Position numbers and translations under genes: made by a program. Under the pieces are notes generated by a model. The model worked only from the letters and a program-made list of their open reading frames with translations. It did not search any database and was not told the origin of the DNA. This document shows positions 1-12,785 of a stretch of 64,000 bases of DNA, piece by piece. Where the stretch lies: assembly GCF_902713615.1 (NCBI RefSeq), contig NC_052162.1, positions 130,596,653 to 130,660,652 on the forward strand. Reading direction: 5' to 3'. Each line of letters starts with the position of its first letter. Within the stretch, counting starts at the first letter, position 1. Origin of the DNA: Scyliorhinus canicula. Its lineage: Eukaryota.

Positions 1-730
1 GGCGGACGCCCTTGCCTTTGCCTCCCTGATCACCCGCCGTAGAATCCTGTTTGGCTGGCGGTCAGCAGCACCGCCCAGAGCTGCAGACTGGCTGTCCGAC
101 CTCTCGGAATCTCTCCAAATGGAGAAAATCAAATTCGCCATCCGAGGGTCAGACGACGGCTTCCACAGAACGTGGGAGCCATTCATGCAACTGTTCCGGG
201 ACCTGTTTGTGGCCAACGAACAAGAGGAAGAATAGTCGGGTGGCCAAGAATCAGGGGAAAATGGACGGGAATCGAGGGAAGGTAGCCGGGGGGAGGGGGG
301 GCTACGGGTTCGTTATGGGGGTTTGTCCTCATGGTTTTATGCTTATTTCTTTTTCTTGTTGATTTATTGTTTTTGTATTGGAGGGGAGGGGTTACTGTTT
401 TTCTCTGTTGTGATAAAATTTGTTGTTGAAGACTTGAATAAAAATTATTCCAAAAAAAAGGAAGGACAAAGCCGCAAGCGACAGTCTGATGGCAAGCTAA
501 GGCCCAAAACCAAATTGTAAATAAATGCCTATAAACATGTGCCTCGGCCATATTGGGGAATGTAAAATATGTATGCCGGTTAAAGGGGATGGCCACAGTT
601 GTTATTATGAAGATGCTTACCTGTAAATATACATGTTAATTTTTGCGTGTTTTTTTTTCTAATAATTTGTAATTTGTTGGATATAAAATGTGAAAACTCA
701 ATAAAAAACATTTACAAAAAAAAATAAATG
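1..730 (+). mobile_element. 3' end of L1/Tx1-like non-LTR retrotransposon (ORF2 C-terminus, 3'UTR, A-rich tail)
   Basis: Frame from nt 2 reads ADALAFASLITRRRILFGWRSAAPP...MEKIKFAIRGS...WEPF, homologous to ORFs at 6241-7053, 23266-23619 and 50492-51100. AATAAA and A-rich tail near 700-728. Confidence 0.85.
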
Positions 731-955
731 ATGACCTAGGAAACCATTGTCAACTGTTGTAAAAACCCACCAGGTTCACAAGTGCCCTTTAGGGAAGGAA
801 ATCTCCCACCCCTACCCAGTCTGGCCTACATGTGATTCCAGATCCACAGCAATGTGTTTGACTCTTAACAGCACCTCCCCCCCAGGGCAAATAGGGATGG
901 GCAATAAATGCAGCTCCAGCCAGCAACACCCACGCCCCAGGAACAAATAAAACAA
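730..955 (+). mobile_element. Deu-domain/SacSINE1-like SINE 3' half with L2-type tail
   Basis: ggttcac..ccctttagggaaggaaatct..ctggcctacatgtga..ccacagcaatgtg..gggatgggcaataaatgc. Related copies at 34466-34870 and 57645-57740. Confidence 0.65.
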
Positions 956-959
956 ATAG

Positions 960-1170
960 AGATGAGTGAGCAGAAGGTGAGTTTTGTGGATAAGGGGAGC
1001 CTTGAAAGAGCATGAGAGATGGGAGAGAAACTGGTTCAGGGCTCAGACAAGGAGGAACCACAAGAGGCAGTCTGGCCCGGTGAGCCAGTGGGAGGGAGCG
1101 GGAGCAGCAGATCAGATTGTGTCAATCTCGGTGACAAATCAGCTCCATGAGCTCTGCACACCTATTGTTG
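960..1170 (-). mobile_element. Old L2-like LINE ORF2 fragment
   Basis: gatcagattgtgtcaatctcggtgacaaatcagctccatgagctc is homologous to 9060-9190 and, as reverse complement, to 61100-61200. Confidence 0.55.
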
Positions 1171-1511
1171 GGCATTCATACAAAGAGGTGAATTTGAAGC
1201 TGGAGGTGGCCAATCGGCCCCTCAAGCCTGCTCCACCATTCAGTAAGAACACAGCTGATCTGACTGTAACCTCAACTCCGTGTTCCCACATATCCCAATA
1301 ACCTTTCACCCCCTCACTTCCTGTTACAATCCTTGGCCAACCCGTGGGATGTGGGGTGACATGCATTTAGGGACCAATGATGTTTTCTTTGTCGTAGATA
1401 AAGGATGAGATTCAAGACGCTTACCAAGTGAATAAAGCTGTAAGACTTCAGGGATTTTGAATTTTAAAAAAAAACTATAGACAAGGTCAGAAGGATAATA
1501 ACATTGACAAA

Positions 1512-2133
1512 GGGCTGGATTCTCTGCACCCCGACGCGGAAATCGCAGCCGGCGCAGGGGCGGAGAATCCATTTTCCCGCAAGGAATCAGGACCGCCGCC
1601 GGATCCCCGATTCGGGGAGTACGCCGCACCGTCTGGGACCTATCGGGGGCCATTTTCAGAGGCCCGCTCTGCCATTCTCCGGCCAAAGTCCCAACGGCGT
1701 GGAACTAACCTGCTCCAGGTCGGGCGGGATACTCGCGTGGCGGCTGCGTACTCAGTCCGCGGCTGCCCTGGTCGTGGGCGGGCCGATCGGAGGGAGGGGG
1801 GCCTTATAGACGACCGGTAAATGCTTCTGTGGGCGTTGAGGACTGGCCGCGCGACTGATCGGAGGGTTTATATTTTGGGTCCAGCTCCGCGGTCCGAGTC
1901 CGCCATGGAGGACAGTGCGGCCGCTGGAGGCAGCCGCCATGCAAATGCCTCCGACCCGGAAGTGTGGGGGTCCGTATCTGCAGCAAAAGCTGCGAGATCC
2001 ACGACAGGTCCCTGCTAGCCCCTGCAGGGCTGAGAATTTGTGGTCCTTTCATGCCAGGTTTTCTGGTGTGAAACTCCACCTGTTTTGCCGCCGGCTTGAG
2101 GGAACATACTTCCAATAATGGAGAATCCAGCCC
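1512..2133. mobile_element. GC-rich non-autonomous DNA transposon (MITE, PIF/Harbinger-like)
   Basis: TIRs gggctggattctc / gagaatccagccc. Internal homology to 27685-28322. Confidence 0.75.
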
Positions 2134-2309
2134 AGTATGTATCTTAGAGTCTGACGTTCAGGTATGTGTGAATTAACAGAGAAACAGTGCTCAAACACAT
2201 CACACTACAGAGTAAATGACAAATGCAACCAAGACCGAGTCCATAGATTTCGCAACAAATCGCCCCGATGTCAGTCCCAGTGTGAGTCAACCAATCTCAC
2301 AGAAACTTT

Positions 2310-2903
2310 GGGCTGGGTTCTTGTAGTCCGGCGCCAAAATCAGGATCGGGCAGAGAATGGATTCAGATCCGGAATCGGGGCAGGAGACGGATTGATGCCG
2401 GCCCGCGATACTCCACCCCTTCCAAACTGGCGTCATCGGGACACGCGGCGTGCGCAGTCGCTAGGCCATTGGCGCATCTTCGGCCAGCCCCGATTCCAGT
2501 AGGCCGAGTTCCCAAAGCTGAGGTCCACGTGTGGTCCCAGTGGTCGGGAACCCACGTGCCAGCTGCGGACTGTCCAGTGCTGCCACACTCGTCTGGGATC
2601 CGTGCGGTTGGCCAGGGCTTCTGCTAGGGCTGGGGGGACCGGTGGGGTTTGGCCAGGGAGTGGGCTCTGGGGAGGGGCTGGGCAGGTTCGGATTCCAGCA
2701 CAGCTGGCGCCATGTTATCCGGTGCGAGTGGTGCAAGCCATGAGCCCTGCGCATCCGCGGCCCTGCACCAGGCTATTTTCCACGCGGTCCACGGGTGGCT
2801 GAAGGCCAATGCTGGCCCCTCACAAGTAGCGGAATCAGTGAGGGTTCGCACCGATTTCCCTGTCGTGAACCACCTACGGATCCTCCATTGGAGCCAGCAC
2901 TTC
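2310..2903. mobile_element. Related MITE copy, right end truncated
   Basis: Starts gggctgggttct, GC-rich body similar to 1512-2133, interrupted by a CR1 tail at 2904. Confidence 0.55.
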
Positions 2904-3165
2904 ATAAGAACATAAGAACATAAGAACTAGGAGCAGGAGTAGGCCATCTGGCCCCTCGAGCCTGCTCCGCCATTCAATTAGATCATGGCTGATCTTTTGT
3001 GGACTCAGCTCCACTTTCCGGCCCGAACACCATAACCCTTAATCCCTTTATTCTTCAAAAAACTATCTATCTTTACCTTAAAAACATGTAATGAAGGAGC
3101 CTCAACTGCTTCACTAGGCAAGGAATTCCATAGATTCACAACCCTTTGGGTGAAGAAGTTCCTTC
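2904..3165 (-). mobile_element. CR1 LINE 3' end
   Basis: RRNFFTQRVVNLWNSLP motif and (ATAAGAAC)n terminal repeat. Confidence 0.9.
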
Positions 3166-3627
3166 GTTGCTGGAACAGAGAGTTCCGCTTTGTCTTTCTC
3201 ATGACGGCTTCCAATCTCCATCTTTAGAGATCTCTCCTTTGAATATTATCCCACTGACACTCCTACTCAGATGATTTTAACAATTTCCCACCTCACAGGG
3301 TTTCAAAGATTCCTTCCGAGATTTCTTCTCCTTGGATTCCCAAGTACAGTCAAACATAAGCTTGCAAGCACACTACAAATGCATACCTTAGCCCAAATGG
3401 TCCTCTTTACTTGAAAGTCTTATCCCTGCAGCAGTGCCTCTAACTTTTTTAACTCAACTTAACTAGGACCTCTGTCTGTTCCTGTGATACCTGTTGGCTG
3501 GAAGACTCGCCAAAACTGACGACCTCATGAAAAACTAATCACTGACCCCTGAACTGATCCGGTGACCTATCACAACACTCCCAGACAGTAAAACCTGAGT
3601 TGAGCTTCATGTTGAAAAGGTATCTGG

Positions 3628-3855
3628 AGGCAGCACGATGGCGCAGTGAGTTAGCCCTACTGCCTCATGGCGCCGAGGTCCCAGGTTCGATCCCAGCTCT
3701 GGGTCACTGTCCATGTGGAGTTTGCACATTCTCCCCGTGTTTGCATGGGCTTCGCTCCCACAACCCAAAGATGTGCTGTGTAGGTGGATTGGCCACGCTA
3801 AATTGCCCCTTAATTGGAAAAAAATGAATTGGGTACTCTAAATTTATTGTAAAAA
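3628..3855 (+). mobile_element. tRNA-derived V-SINE-like short SINE with A-rich tail (family B)
   Basis: Pol III A-box/B-box head (tggcgcagtg..ggttcgatccc) and tail gtactctaaattt. At least 14 further copies, e.g. 5205-5416, 7968-8190, 11175-11397, 11818-12047, 18885-19103, 28781-29004, 43595-43985, 44438-44668, 52460-52665, 53955-54165, 55975-56200, 59796-60022. Confidence 0.85.
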
Positions 3856-3943
3856 GTATCTGCATGCCTGTGGGTTTTGTTTCACTTTAAACTGTGCTTG
3901 CATTATGATGTGCAAACAATTATAAGCAAATTACAAGCAAATA

Positions 3944-4160
3944 GGTCCCAGCAAGATGGCGCCGGAGTGTAACGACTCTTATACACATCCTCTTATCAAT
4001 GTACTAACCTCTTAAAACGTAATTCTAACACTAATACTACATTGTGTATTTATGTATGCCCTGTTTTTGTTCATGTATGGAATGATCCGTCTGGAGCGTA
4101 TGCAGAACAATACTTTTCACTGTACCTCAGTACATGTGACAGTAAACAAATCCAATCTAA
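3944..4160 (+). mobile_element. Short Rex1/Babar-like derivative (5' head joined to 3' tail)
   Basis: Begins ggtcccagcaagatggcgccgg, ends ttttcactgtacctcagtacatgtgacagtaaacaaatcc. Same tail on the minus strand at about 13600-13645. Confidence 0.55.
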
Positions 4161-5566
4161 TTATGGATTTCAAAACTGAGCTGTTGCTTGGCAACGAAGG
4201 GCTCACATTGAAATGCACAAGTACCTGTGGTTCAACTGGAACCAGGTATCAGAGAAGAAAGCAGCTCTCACAGACACTGCCAGCACAGGCATGGAGAAGG
4301 GGCAGAATAAATCCCAGGTGCTAATGAACACATAGTTCTGGAAACCAGGACATGAAAAGAGAAGTCCCAGAATGACTGAAATTAAAGGGACAAAGAATCA
4401 GAATCTGTACTCGGTACTGTTCACAGAAATTAATCAGAGCAGAGAGAGAGAGAGACAGGCTCCCAGTTAAAAACAGATCTGCAAGATGCAAACCTGTGGA
4501 AATTAGCTAGTGAGAAGCCAGATATCTGAAGGAACCCCAAGGTTGGCGACACCTTAATACAGCTCGTGAAGTCTTATTTTCTGTGGGCTGGGTACCAGCG
4601 AGATTGCGGCAATCCGCGGCAGAGGAATACTGAAAGGAGAGGTTGAAATCCTGGATATGGATCCTTGGTGAAATGATCTGAAAGAAAATGTTGTGTGGAA
4701 GATTTCAAAGTGTGTACTTTCAGAGTGGTGATTGGAAACCGTAATGTGGAAGCCGGCATTCCAGTGGGACCAGTTGGGTCACAGTGTGACAAGCAGCTGG
4801 AGGAATTTGATGAGAAATTCAGAGAAGTTGCTCTGGGTGGCATTTGTCGCTTGTTTTCAGAGAGTGGTGTGTCTGGCCATGTTTCACCTGTTGGTTTACA
4901 TGGACTGTGTACTTGCGGAGACCATTTGAGTGTGAGCTATATTTTGTAATAGAACATAGAACAGTACAGCACAGAACAGGCCCTTCGGCCCTCAATGTTG
5001 TGCCGAGCCATGATCACCCTACTCAAACCCACGTATCCACCCTATACCCGTAACCCAACAACCCCCCCCCCCCCCCCCCTTAACCTTAATGTGAGTGTAA
5101 TCCTTAGAATAATATGTGTACCTGTAAAAATAAAGCTGGGATGAAAGGAGTTGTACATTCTACTTGATCTTTTCTTGTTGAATAAATATTTTATTATTTA
5201 TCATTTTAAAAAATAAATTTAGAGTACCCAATTATTTTTTCCAATTAAGGGGCAATTTAGCCTGGCCAATCCACCTACTCTGTGGGTTGTGGGGGCGAAA
5301 CCCTGGCAAACACGGGGAGAATGTGCAAACTCCACACAGACTGTAACCCAGAGCCGGGATCGAACCTGGGACCTTGACGCCGTGAGGCAGCAGTGCTAAC
5401 CCACTGTGCTGCCCTATAAATATTTTATTATTTTGTTAAAAGTTAATCAGCAGCCCCGTGATGCTGTTCATCTATATCTATAAACAGAAAATAAAAGTTA
5501 CGGTCCATTGAGCCATAATTTCGCTCTGGGACCGGTCTGTCCGGTCATAACATCAGCTGGGATTAT

Positions 5567-7872
5567 TTTATTTTTTAAATAATTTTTATTGGAATTTTTT
5601 GAAAAATATATAGCAACAGAACAATAATAATAACAATAATAATAAACACCCCCCAGCACCCGTAACAACGCATGTAACGAACCCCCCCACCAAACCCATA
5701 AACAACAAAATAAATTAACAATAAGCAAATTAACTTAAACAATACCCCCCTGAGACCCCCCCCAGCCTCCCCTCCCCCCCCCAGCCTCCCCTCCCCCCCC
5801 AGCCTCCCCCCCCCAGCCTCCCCCCCCCCCCAGCCTCTCCCCCCCCCAGCCTCTCTTCCCCCCCAGCCCCCCCCCCCCAGCCTCCCTCCCCCCCCCCGCC
5901 TCCCTCCCCCCCCCCCCAGCCTCCCCCCCCCCAGCCTCCCTCCCCCCCCCAGCCTCCCCCCCCCAGCCTCCCTCCCCCCCCCCCAGCCTCCCCCCCCCCA
6001 GCCTCCCCCCCCCCCCCCAGCCTCCCTCCCCCCCCCCCCCCCAGCCTCCCTCCCCCCCCCAGCCTCCCTCCCCCCCCCCCCCCAGCCTCCCCCCGGGGTT
6101 GCTGCTGCTGCTGACCTAGTTCCTTATTGTTGAACCAGAAAGTCGAGGAAAGGCTGCCACCTCCTAAAGAACCCTTGTACCGACCCCCTCAGGGCGAATT
6201 TGACCCTCTCCAGCTGAATGAATCCCGCCATGTCGCTGATCTAGGTTTCCACGCTCGGAGGTCTCGCATCTTTCCAGTGCAGCAAGATCCTCCGCCGGGC
6301 TACGAGGGACGCAAAGGCCAAAACATCGGCCTCTTTCGTCTCCTGCACTCCCGGCTCCACCCCAACCCCAAATATCGTGAGTCCCCAGCCTGGCTTGACC
6401 CTGGACCCTACCACCCTCGACACCGTCCTCGCCACCCCCTGCCAGAATTCCCCCAGTGCCGGGCATGCCCAAAACATATGGGCATGGTTCGCTGGGCTCC
6501 CCGAACACCTAATGCATCTGTCCTCACCCCCAAAAAACTTGCTCATCCTCGTCCCGGACATATGAGTCCTGTGCAGTACCTTGAACTGGATGAGGCTAAG
6601 CCTCGCACATGAAGAGAAGGAGTTCACCCTCTCCAGGGCATCCGCCCATGTCCCCTCCTCAATCTGCTCCCCCAGCTCCACTTCCCACTTAGCCTTCAGA
6701 TCCTCTACCGACACCTCCTCCACCTCCTGCATCACCTGGTAGATATCAGACACCTTCCCATCCCCGACCCACACCCCCGAAAGCACCCCATCCCTTACCC
6801 CCCGCGGGGGCAGCGAAGGGAACCCCTCCACCTGCCACCCAGCAAACGCCTTGACCTGAAGGTACCTGAACATATTCCCCGGGGGGAGCTCAAACTTCTC
6901 CTCCAGTTCACCCAGGCTCGCAAACCTCCCGTCAATGAACAGGTCTCCCAACTTCCTAATGCCCGCCCTGTGCCACCCCAGGAACCTGCCATCAATGTTC
7001 CCTGGGACAAACCGGTGGTTCCCCCACAGCGGGGCCTCCACCGAGCCCCCCACTTCCCCCGTGTCGCCTCCACTGCCCCCAAATTTTGAGGGTAGCCGCC
7101 ACCACCGGGCTCGTAGTGTACCTCGTTGGAGGGAGCGGCACTGTTACCAGTGCCTTCAGGCTCGTGCCTTCACAGGACGCCATCTCCAGCCGTTTCCATG
7201 CTGCCCCCTCCCCAACCATTACCCATTTGCGTACCATCGAGACATTAGCCGCCCAATAGTACCCAGAGAGGTTGGGCAGCGCCAGCCCCCCTCTATCCCT
7301 GCCCCGCTCCAAAAAGACCCTCCTCACCCTCGGAGTCCCGTGCGCCCAAACAAATCCCAGAATGCTGCTGTTCACCCTCCTAAAAAAAGGCCCTCGGAAT
7401 GAAAATGGGGAGGCACTGAAACAAAAACAAAACCTCGGGAGCACCGTCATTTTAACGGACTGTACTCTACCCGCCAACGACAACGGCAGCATGTCCCACC
7501 TTTTAAATTCCTCCTCCATCTGCTCCACCAACCTAGTCAAATTGAGCTTGTGCAGAGTCCCCCAACTCCTAGTTACCTGAACCCCCAGGTACCTAAAACT
7601 CCTCACTGCCCTCTTTAGCGGGAGCCTACCAATCCCCTCCTCCTGATCTCCCGGGTGTACGACAAACAGCTCACTCTTGCCCAGGTTCAATTTATAGCCC
7701 GAGAAACTCCCAAACTCAGCAAGAATCTCCATCACCTCCGGCATTCGACCCACCGGGTCTGCTACATACAGCAGCAAGGTATCTGCATACAGCGACACTC
7801 GGTGCTCCCCACCCCACACCAGACCCCTCCACCTCCCCGACTCCCTGAGAGCCATGGCAAGAGGCTCAATTG
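5567..7872 (-). mobile_element. 5'-truncated L1/Tx1-like element
   Basis: RT motif SLYADT and C-terminal CxxC..H..WAC. 16-bp TSD catcagctgggattat at 5551-5566 and 7873-7888. T-rich tail at the left end. Confidence 0.92.
5755..6095. repeat. (CCCCCAGCCTCCCT)n low-complexity array in the L1 3'UTR
   Basis: About 20 AGCCT cores separated by variable C runs. Confidence 0.9.
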
Positions 7873-9352
7873 CATCAGCTGGGATTATAACAGACCAATA
7901 TAATAATCATTGGAACATCCTGTACCCCCAATGCTACCATCTCCACAGATGGCGAAGTTAACACCCAGGGGGTAGCACGGTGGCGCAGTGGGTTAGCCCT
8001 GCTGCCTCACGGCGCCGAGGTCCCAGGTTCGATTCCGGCCTCGGGGTCACTCTCCATGTGGAGTTTGCACGTTGTCTGCGTGGCGTTCGCCCCCACAACC
8101 CAAAGATGTGCAGGGTTGACGGATCGGCCACGCTAAATTGCCCCTTAATTGGGAAAAAAATGAATTGGGTGCAAATTTATTTTTTAAAATTTAACACTCA
8201 GGGACACAATGAACTGAATTTATAACATTATCAAGAATCAATCGACCTCTGTTTTGAATACATTCAAGGACTCCGCTTCCACCGCCTAAGAGGAGAGAGT
8301 TATAAAAGACTCATGATTCTCTGAGATAGAAATAAAATTCTCAGCTCTGGGTGACCCTTTATTTGTAAACAGTGACGGCTGGTTCCAGATTCTCTCATAA
8401 GAGGAAACATCCTCTCCACATCGACCCTGTCAAGACCCCTCAGGAACTTATATTTCATTCAAGATTCCTCTTATTTTCAAAACTCCAGCAGGTACAAACC
8501 TTATCTTTTCACCATTTGCTTTGGATACTGGAGGGTGGAGGATTTGAACGCAAAAAAAAATTGTGACAAGCTCTGACTGCAGGGCTGTGATCCCTGGTGG
8601 GGATTCGGGCTGAGGCACTGGTTTCGCGACCACCGGGGCAGCAACTGTGGGACAGAGACTGAGCCGGGATCGCTGGGACAGCAATGGGGGCTGTAGAGGA
8701 GGGTCCGAGTCGGCCCTGCCCTGCCCGGAGTTTCGAGGCTCCGTCACCTGTATGTATATTTTCTTGCTGGGGCCCCATCACTGCATCTGTCATAAACACC
8801 AATAAAAAAAAAGAATGACCACTCCACCACCCCCACTACTCTCACAACTCTTTCCTCCAGCATTTTCTCAAGGCTCACCGACACTGCCTTGCCCGGCCAC
8901 CTCCCACGACTCCAACATCAACCCATCACCCCAGTATTATTCTGGGGTCTGTGATGTGTGCGCGTGGATGAGGCTTCAACTCATCGTCCAATCTGGAGAG
9001 GTAAAGGCAAAGAATCTCGAGAAAGATGCGCGTTCAGGCCTAAGACAGGAGAATGTCAGAGGCAGTTTGTCCCGGTGGGTTCGTGGGAGCGAAGGGAAGC
9101 AGCTGATCAGATTGTCTCGACCTTAGTGAGGAAGAAGCCCCATGAGGTCCTCACAATTGGAGGTGAGGATGGAGGAGACAGGGGAGAGACTTTCAAAAGG
9201 AACTCTCTTGCGTTAGAAATATTAAAAAGACTCCACACGGTGTCTTTAACAGAAGGCTGCTTTATTTTACTTTTATTCTTAATACTAACGATACATCAGC
9301 AAAAACAGACCCCCAATGAACATGGTTCAGCCACAAACTTCCATCACTGTGG

Positions 9353-10405
9353 TTACTTGTGAACTCGCTGGTGTCTCAGCAAAGTGGATGACTGAGCAAA
9401 TCCTTTCCCACACTCCGAGCAGGTGAACGGCTTCTCCCCAGTGTGAATTTGCTGGTGTGTCAGCAAGTTGGATGATTGAGCGAATCCCTTCCCACACTCG
9501 GAGCAGATGAACAGCCTCTCCCCTGTGTGAACCCGCCGGTGTTTCAGCAGGGTGGATGACTGAGTGAATCCCTTCCCACACTCGGAGCAAACGAACGGCC
9601 TCTCCCCGGTGTGATCTTGCTGATGTGTCAGCAGGTGCGATGAACAAGTGAATCCCTTCCCACACTCGGAGCAGGTGAACGGCCTCTCCCCGGTGTGGAC
9701 TAAATGGTGCGTCAGTAGGTGGGAGGACTGAATGAATCCCTTCCCACAATCGGAGCAACTGAACGGCCTCTCTCCTGTGTGAACTCGCTGGTGTACGGTG
9801 AGTTCGGTTAATCGCCTGAACGTTGACCCACAGTGAGAGCACCCGAACGGTCTCTCGTCAGTGTGAACACGTTGATGCCGCATCAGGTCCCCAGAACTTT
9901 TGTAGCACTTCCCGCAGTCTGGACATTGAAAAGGTCGCTCCCCAGTGTGAACTCGCTGGTGTTTCAGCAGGATGGTTGACCGAGTGAATCCCTTCCCACA
10001 CACTGAGCAGGTGAATGGTCTCACCCCGGTGTGAACTCGCTGATGCGTCAGCAAGGTAGAGGAACAAGTGAATCCCTTCCCACAGTTGGGACAGCTGAAC
10101 GGCCTCTCCCCAGTATGAGTGCGCCGATGAATTTCCAGCTCTGACGGGTAATTGAATCCTTTCCCACAGTCCCCACATTTCCACGGATTCTCCCTGGTGT
10201 GACTGCCCTTGTGTCTCGACAGGTCAGAAGATCGACTAAACCCTTGAGCGGACACAGAGCACGTGTACAGTTTCTCGTCACTGCGAACAGTGCTTTTTCC
10301 TTCCGTATTCAAAGGCTGATAATCATCAGGTCCTGATGAATTGAGCCTCTCTGTCGGGTCCTGATTTGATCTCTGGTTTGAGTTTCCCACTTCCAAATCC
10401 TCCAT
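9353..10405 (-). CDS. ZF1: tandem C2H2 zinc-finger protein, 10 intact plus 1 degenerate finger
   Basis: Open ORF with TGERP linkers. Acceptor ttttccag|G, exon starts at 10415. First ATG at 10405. AATAAA at about 9260-9276 (minus). Probable non-coding exon 1 with donor CAG|GTAAAG at 14765/14764. Confidence 0.9.
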   Translation of the reverse strand: MEDLEVGNSNQRSNQDPTERLNSSGPDDYQPLNTEGKSTVRSDEKLYTCSVSAQGFSRSSDLSRHKGSHTRENPWKCGDCGKGFNYPSELEIHRRTHTGERPFSCPNCGKGFTCSSTLLTHQRVHTGVRPFTCSVCGKGFTRSTILLKHQRVHTGERPFQCPDCGKCYKSSGDLMRHQRVHTDERPFGCSHCGSTFRRLTELTVHQRVHTGERPFSCSDCGKGFIQSSHLLTHHLVHTGERPFTCSECGKGFTCSSHLLTHQQDHTGERPFVCSECGKGFTQSSTLLKHRRVHTGERLFICSECGKGFAQSSNLLTHQQIHTGEKPFTCSECGKGFAQSSTLLRHQRVHK

Positions 10406-10775
10406 TTCCAATATCCTGGAAAATGAATTTAAAACAGGAAAAAAAAAGTGACCATCAAAGTTTATGGATTGTCACAGGAAGCACCACTGGTCCACAAATG
10501 GTCTTCAGAGAAGGCAACCTGCCAGACAGCCTGGGCCTACATCCGTGAGTCGCACAATAACCTGTTCACACTGGCCAAGACGCAATTCGTCCACTCGCTG
10601 TGTGAGGAGTGATTTCATTGATGATCACAACTGCTGATACACCAGCCAGTACACCAATGGGTGCCGAAGGAAAAGGGAGAGGAAATATATACTTTCTGGT
10701 GCAGTTCCAAATAGTGTACAGGGTCAGAGAGACCTGGGGATTAATGTACAAAATCTCTGAAAGTGGGAGGTCATA

Positions 10776-12465
10776 TTAAGACCACAAGACAAAGGAGCAG
10801 AATTAGGCCATTCAGCCCATCAGATCAGCTCCACCATTCAATCATTCCATTGGGTGATCCTCTTTCTCATCCCCATTCTCCTCCCTTCTCCCCATAATCC
10901 CTGATCACCTTATTGATCAAAAACTTATATATATCTGTCTTAAAGGCACTCAGTGATTTGGCCTCCACAGCCTTCTACGGCAAAGAGTTCCACAGATTCA
11001 CCTCCCACTGGCTGAAGAAACTCCTCCTCATCTCTGTTTTAAAGGATCATCCTTTCAGTCTGAGGCGGTGTCCTCCAGTTCTAGTTTTTCCTACTAGTGG
11101 AAACATCCTCTCCACATCCACTCTATCCAGGCCTCTCAGGATCCTGTAAGTTTCAATACGATACCCCCTCATCCGGGCAGCACGGTGGCGCAGCAGTTAG
11201 CACTGCTGCCTCATGGAGCCGAGGACCCGGGTTCAATCCCGGCCTCGGGGTCACTGTGGGGTTTGCACATTCTCCCTGTGTCTGCGTGTGTTTCACCCCC
11301 ACAACCCAAAAATGTGTAGGTTGGGTGGATTGGCCACGCTAAATTGCCCCTTAATTGGAAAAAAAAAATAATTGGTATTCTAAATTTTGAAAAAAAGATC
11401 CCCCCTCATCCAGATCCAGAGTCCTCAACCGTTCCTCATATGACAAGCTCTTCATTCCAGGGATAATTCTTGTAAACCTCCTCTGGACCCTTTCCAAGGC
11501 GGGAACATCTCTCCTTAGATACGGGGCCCAAAACTGCTCACAATACTCCAAATGGAGTCTGACCAGAGCCTTATACAGCCTCAGAAGTACATCCCTGCTC
11601 TTGTATTCTAGCCGTCTTGACATGAATGCTAACATTATATTTGCCTTCCTAACTGCAGACTGAACCTGCACGTTAACCTGAAGAGAATCTTGAACTAGGA
11701 CTCCCAAGTTTCCTTGTGCTTCTGATTTCCTAAGCATTTCCCCATTTAGAAAATAGTCTATTCCTAAATTCCCCCTTCCAAAGTGTAGAACCTCACATTT
11801 TTCCACATCTACCACTTCTTTTTTTTTTTATAAATTTAGATTACCCAATTATTTTTTCCAATTAAGGGGCAATTTAGCGTGGCCAATCCACCTACTCTGC
11901 ACATTTTTGGGTTGTGGGGGCGAAACCCACGCAGACACGGGGAGAATGTGCAAACTCCACACGGACAGTGACCCAGAGCCGGGATCAAACCTGGGACCTC
12001 AGCGCCGTGAGGCGGTTGTGCTAACCACTAGGCCACCGTGCTGCCCTCATCTACCACTTCTTTGCCCACTCTCCTAGCCTGTCCAATCCTTCTGCAGCTC
12101 CCTTGCTTCCTCAATACTACCTGTCCCTCTGCATATCTTTGTATCATCTGCAAACTTGGCAACTGTGCCTTCAGATCCTTCATCCAGATTGTTAATGTAT
12201 ATAGTGAAAAGGTGTGGTCCCAACAGTGACCTCTGAAGCACACCACTCGTCACTGGCTGCCAACCTGAAAAAGAGCCCTTTATTCCCACTCTCTGCCTTT
12301 TCCCCGTCAGCCAATCCTCTATCCATGCCAGTAGTTTACCCTTAATACCATGAGCTCTTAACTTGTTTAACAGCTTCCGAGATGACACCTTGTCAAAGGC
12401 CTTCTGGAAATCTAAACAGATCACGTCCACTGGTTCTCCTTTGTATAACTTTGTTGTTACATCCA
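10776..12465 (-). mobile_element. CR1 LINE ORF2 3' part with two nested SINEs
   Basis: LDFQKAFDKV, KFADDTK and YKALVR.HLEYC motifs, frameshifted. Confidence 0.9.
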
Positions 12466-12471
12466 TTATTA

Positions 12472-12785
12472 ACATCGAACATACAGGGCAGAAGGAGGCC
12501 ATTCGGCCCATCGAGTCTGCACCGACCCACTTAAGCCCTCACTTCCACCCTATCCCCATAACCTCTCCTAACCTTTTTGGACACTAAGTGCAATTTAGCA
12601 TGGCCAATCCACCTAACCTGCACGTCTTTAGACTGCGGGAGGAAACCGGAGCACCCGGAGGAAACCCACGCAGACACGGGGAGAACGTGCAGACTCCGCA
12701 CAGACAGGGACCCAGCGGGGAATCGTACCTGGGACCCTGGTGCTGTGAAGCCACAGTGCTAACCATTGTGCTACCGTGCCGCCCA
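12472..12785 (-). mobile_element. HE1-like long tRNA SINE with CR1-type tail (family A)
   Basis: tRNA head, central domain and gggccgaatggcctccttctg tail. Other copies at 14211-14550, 17203-17460, 31450-31637, 34045-34300, 52997-53343. Confidence 0.85.

Larger units (their letters stand above)
4160..7892 (+). mobile_element. Probable solo LTR, interrupted by SINEs and an L1-like insertion
   Basis: Non-coding. AATAAA motifs at 5129-5185. Terminus ...gggattataaca is restored after removing the L1. 5' boundary not determined. Confidence 0.35.

Noticed and set aside
7968-8045. tRNA genes (many A-box/B-box sequences)
   Set aside because: All continue into SINE bodies and lack a complete cloverleaf and terminator.
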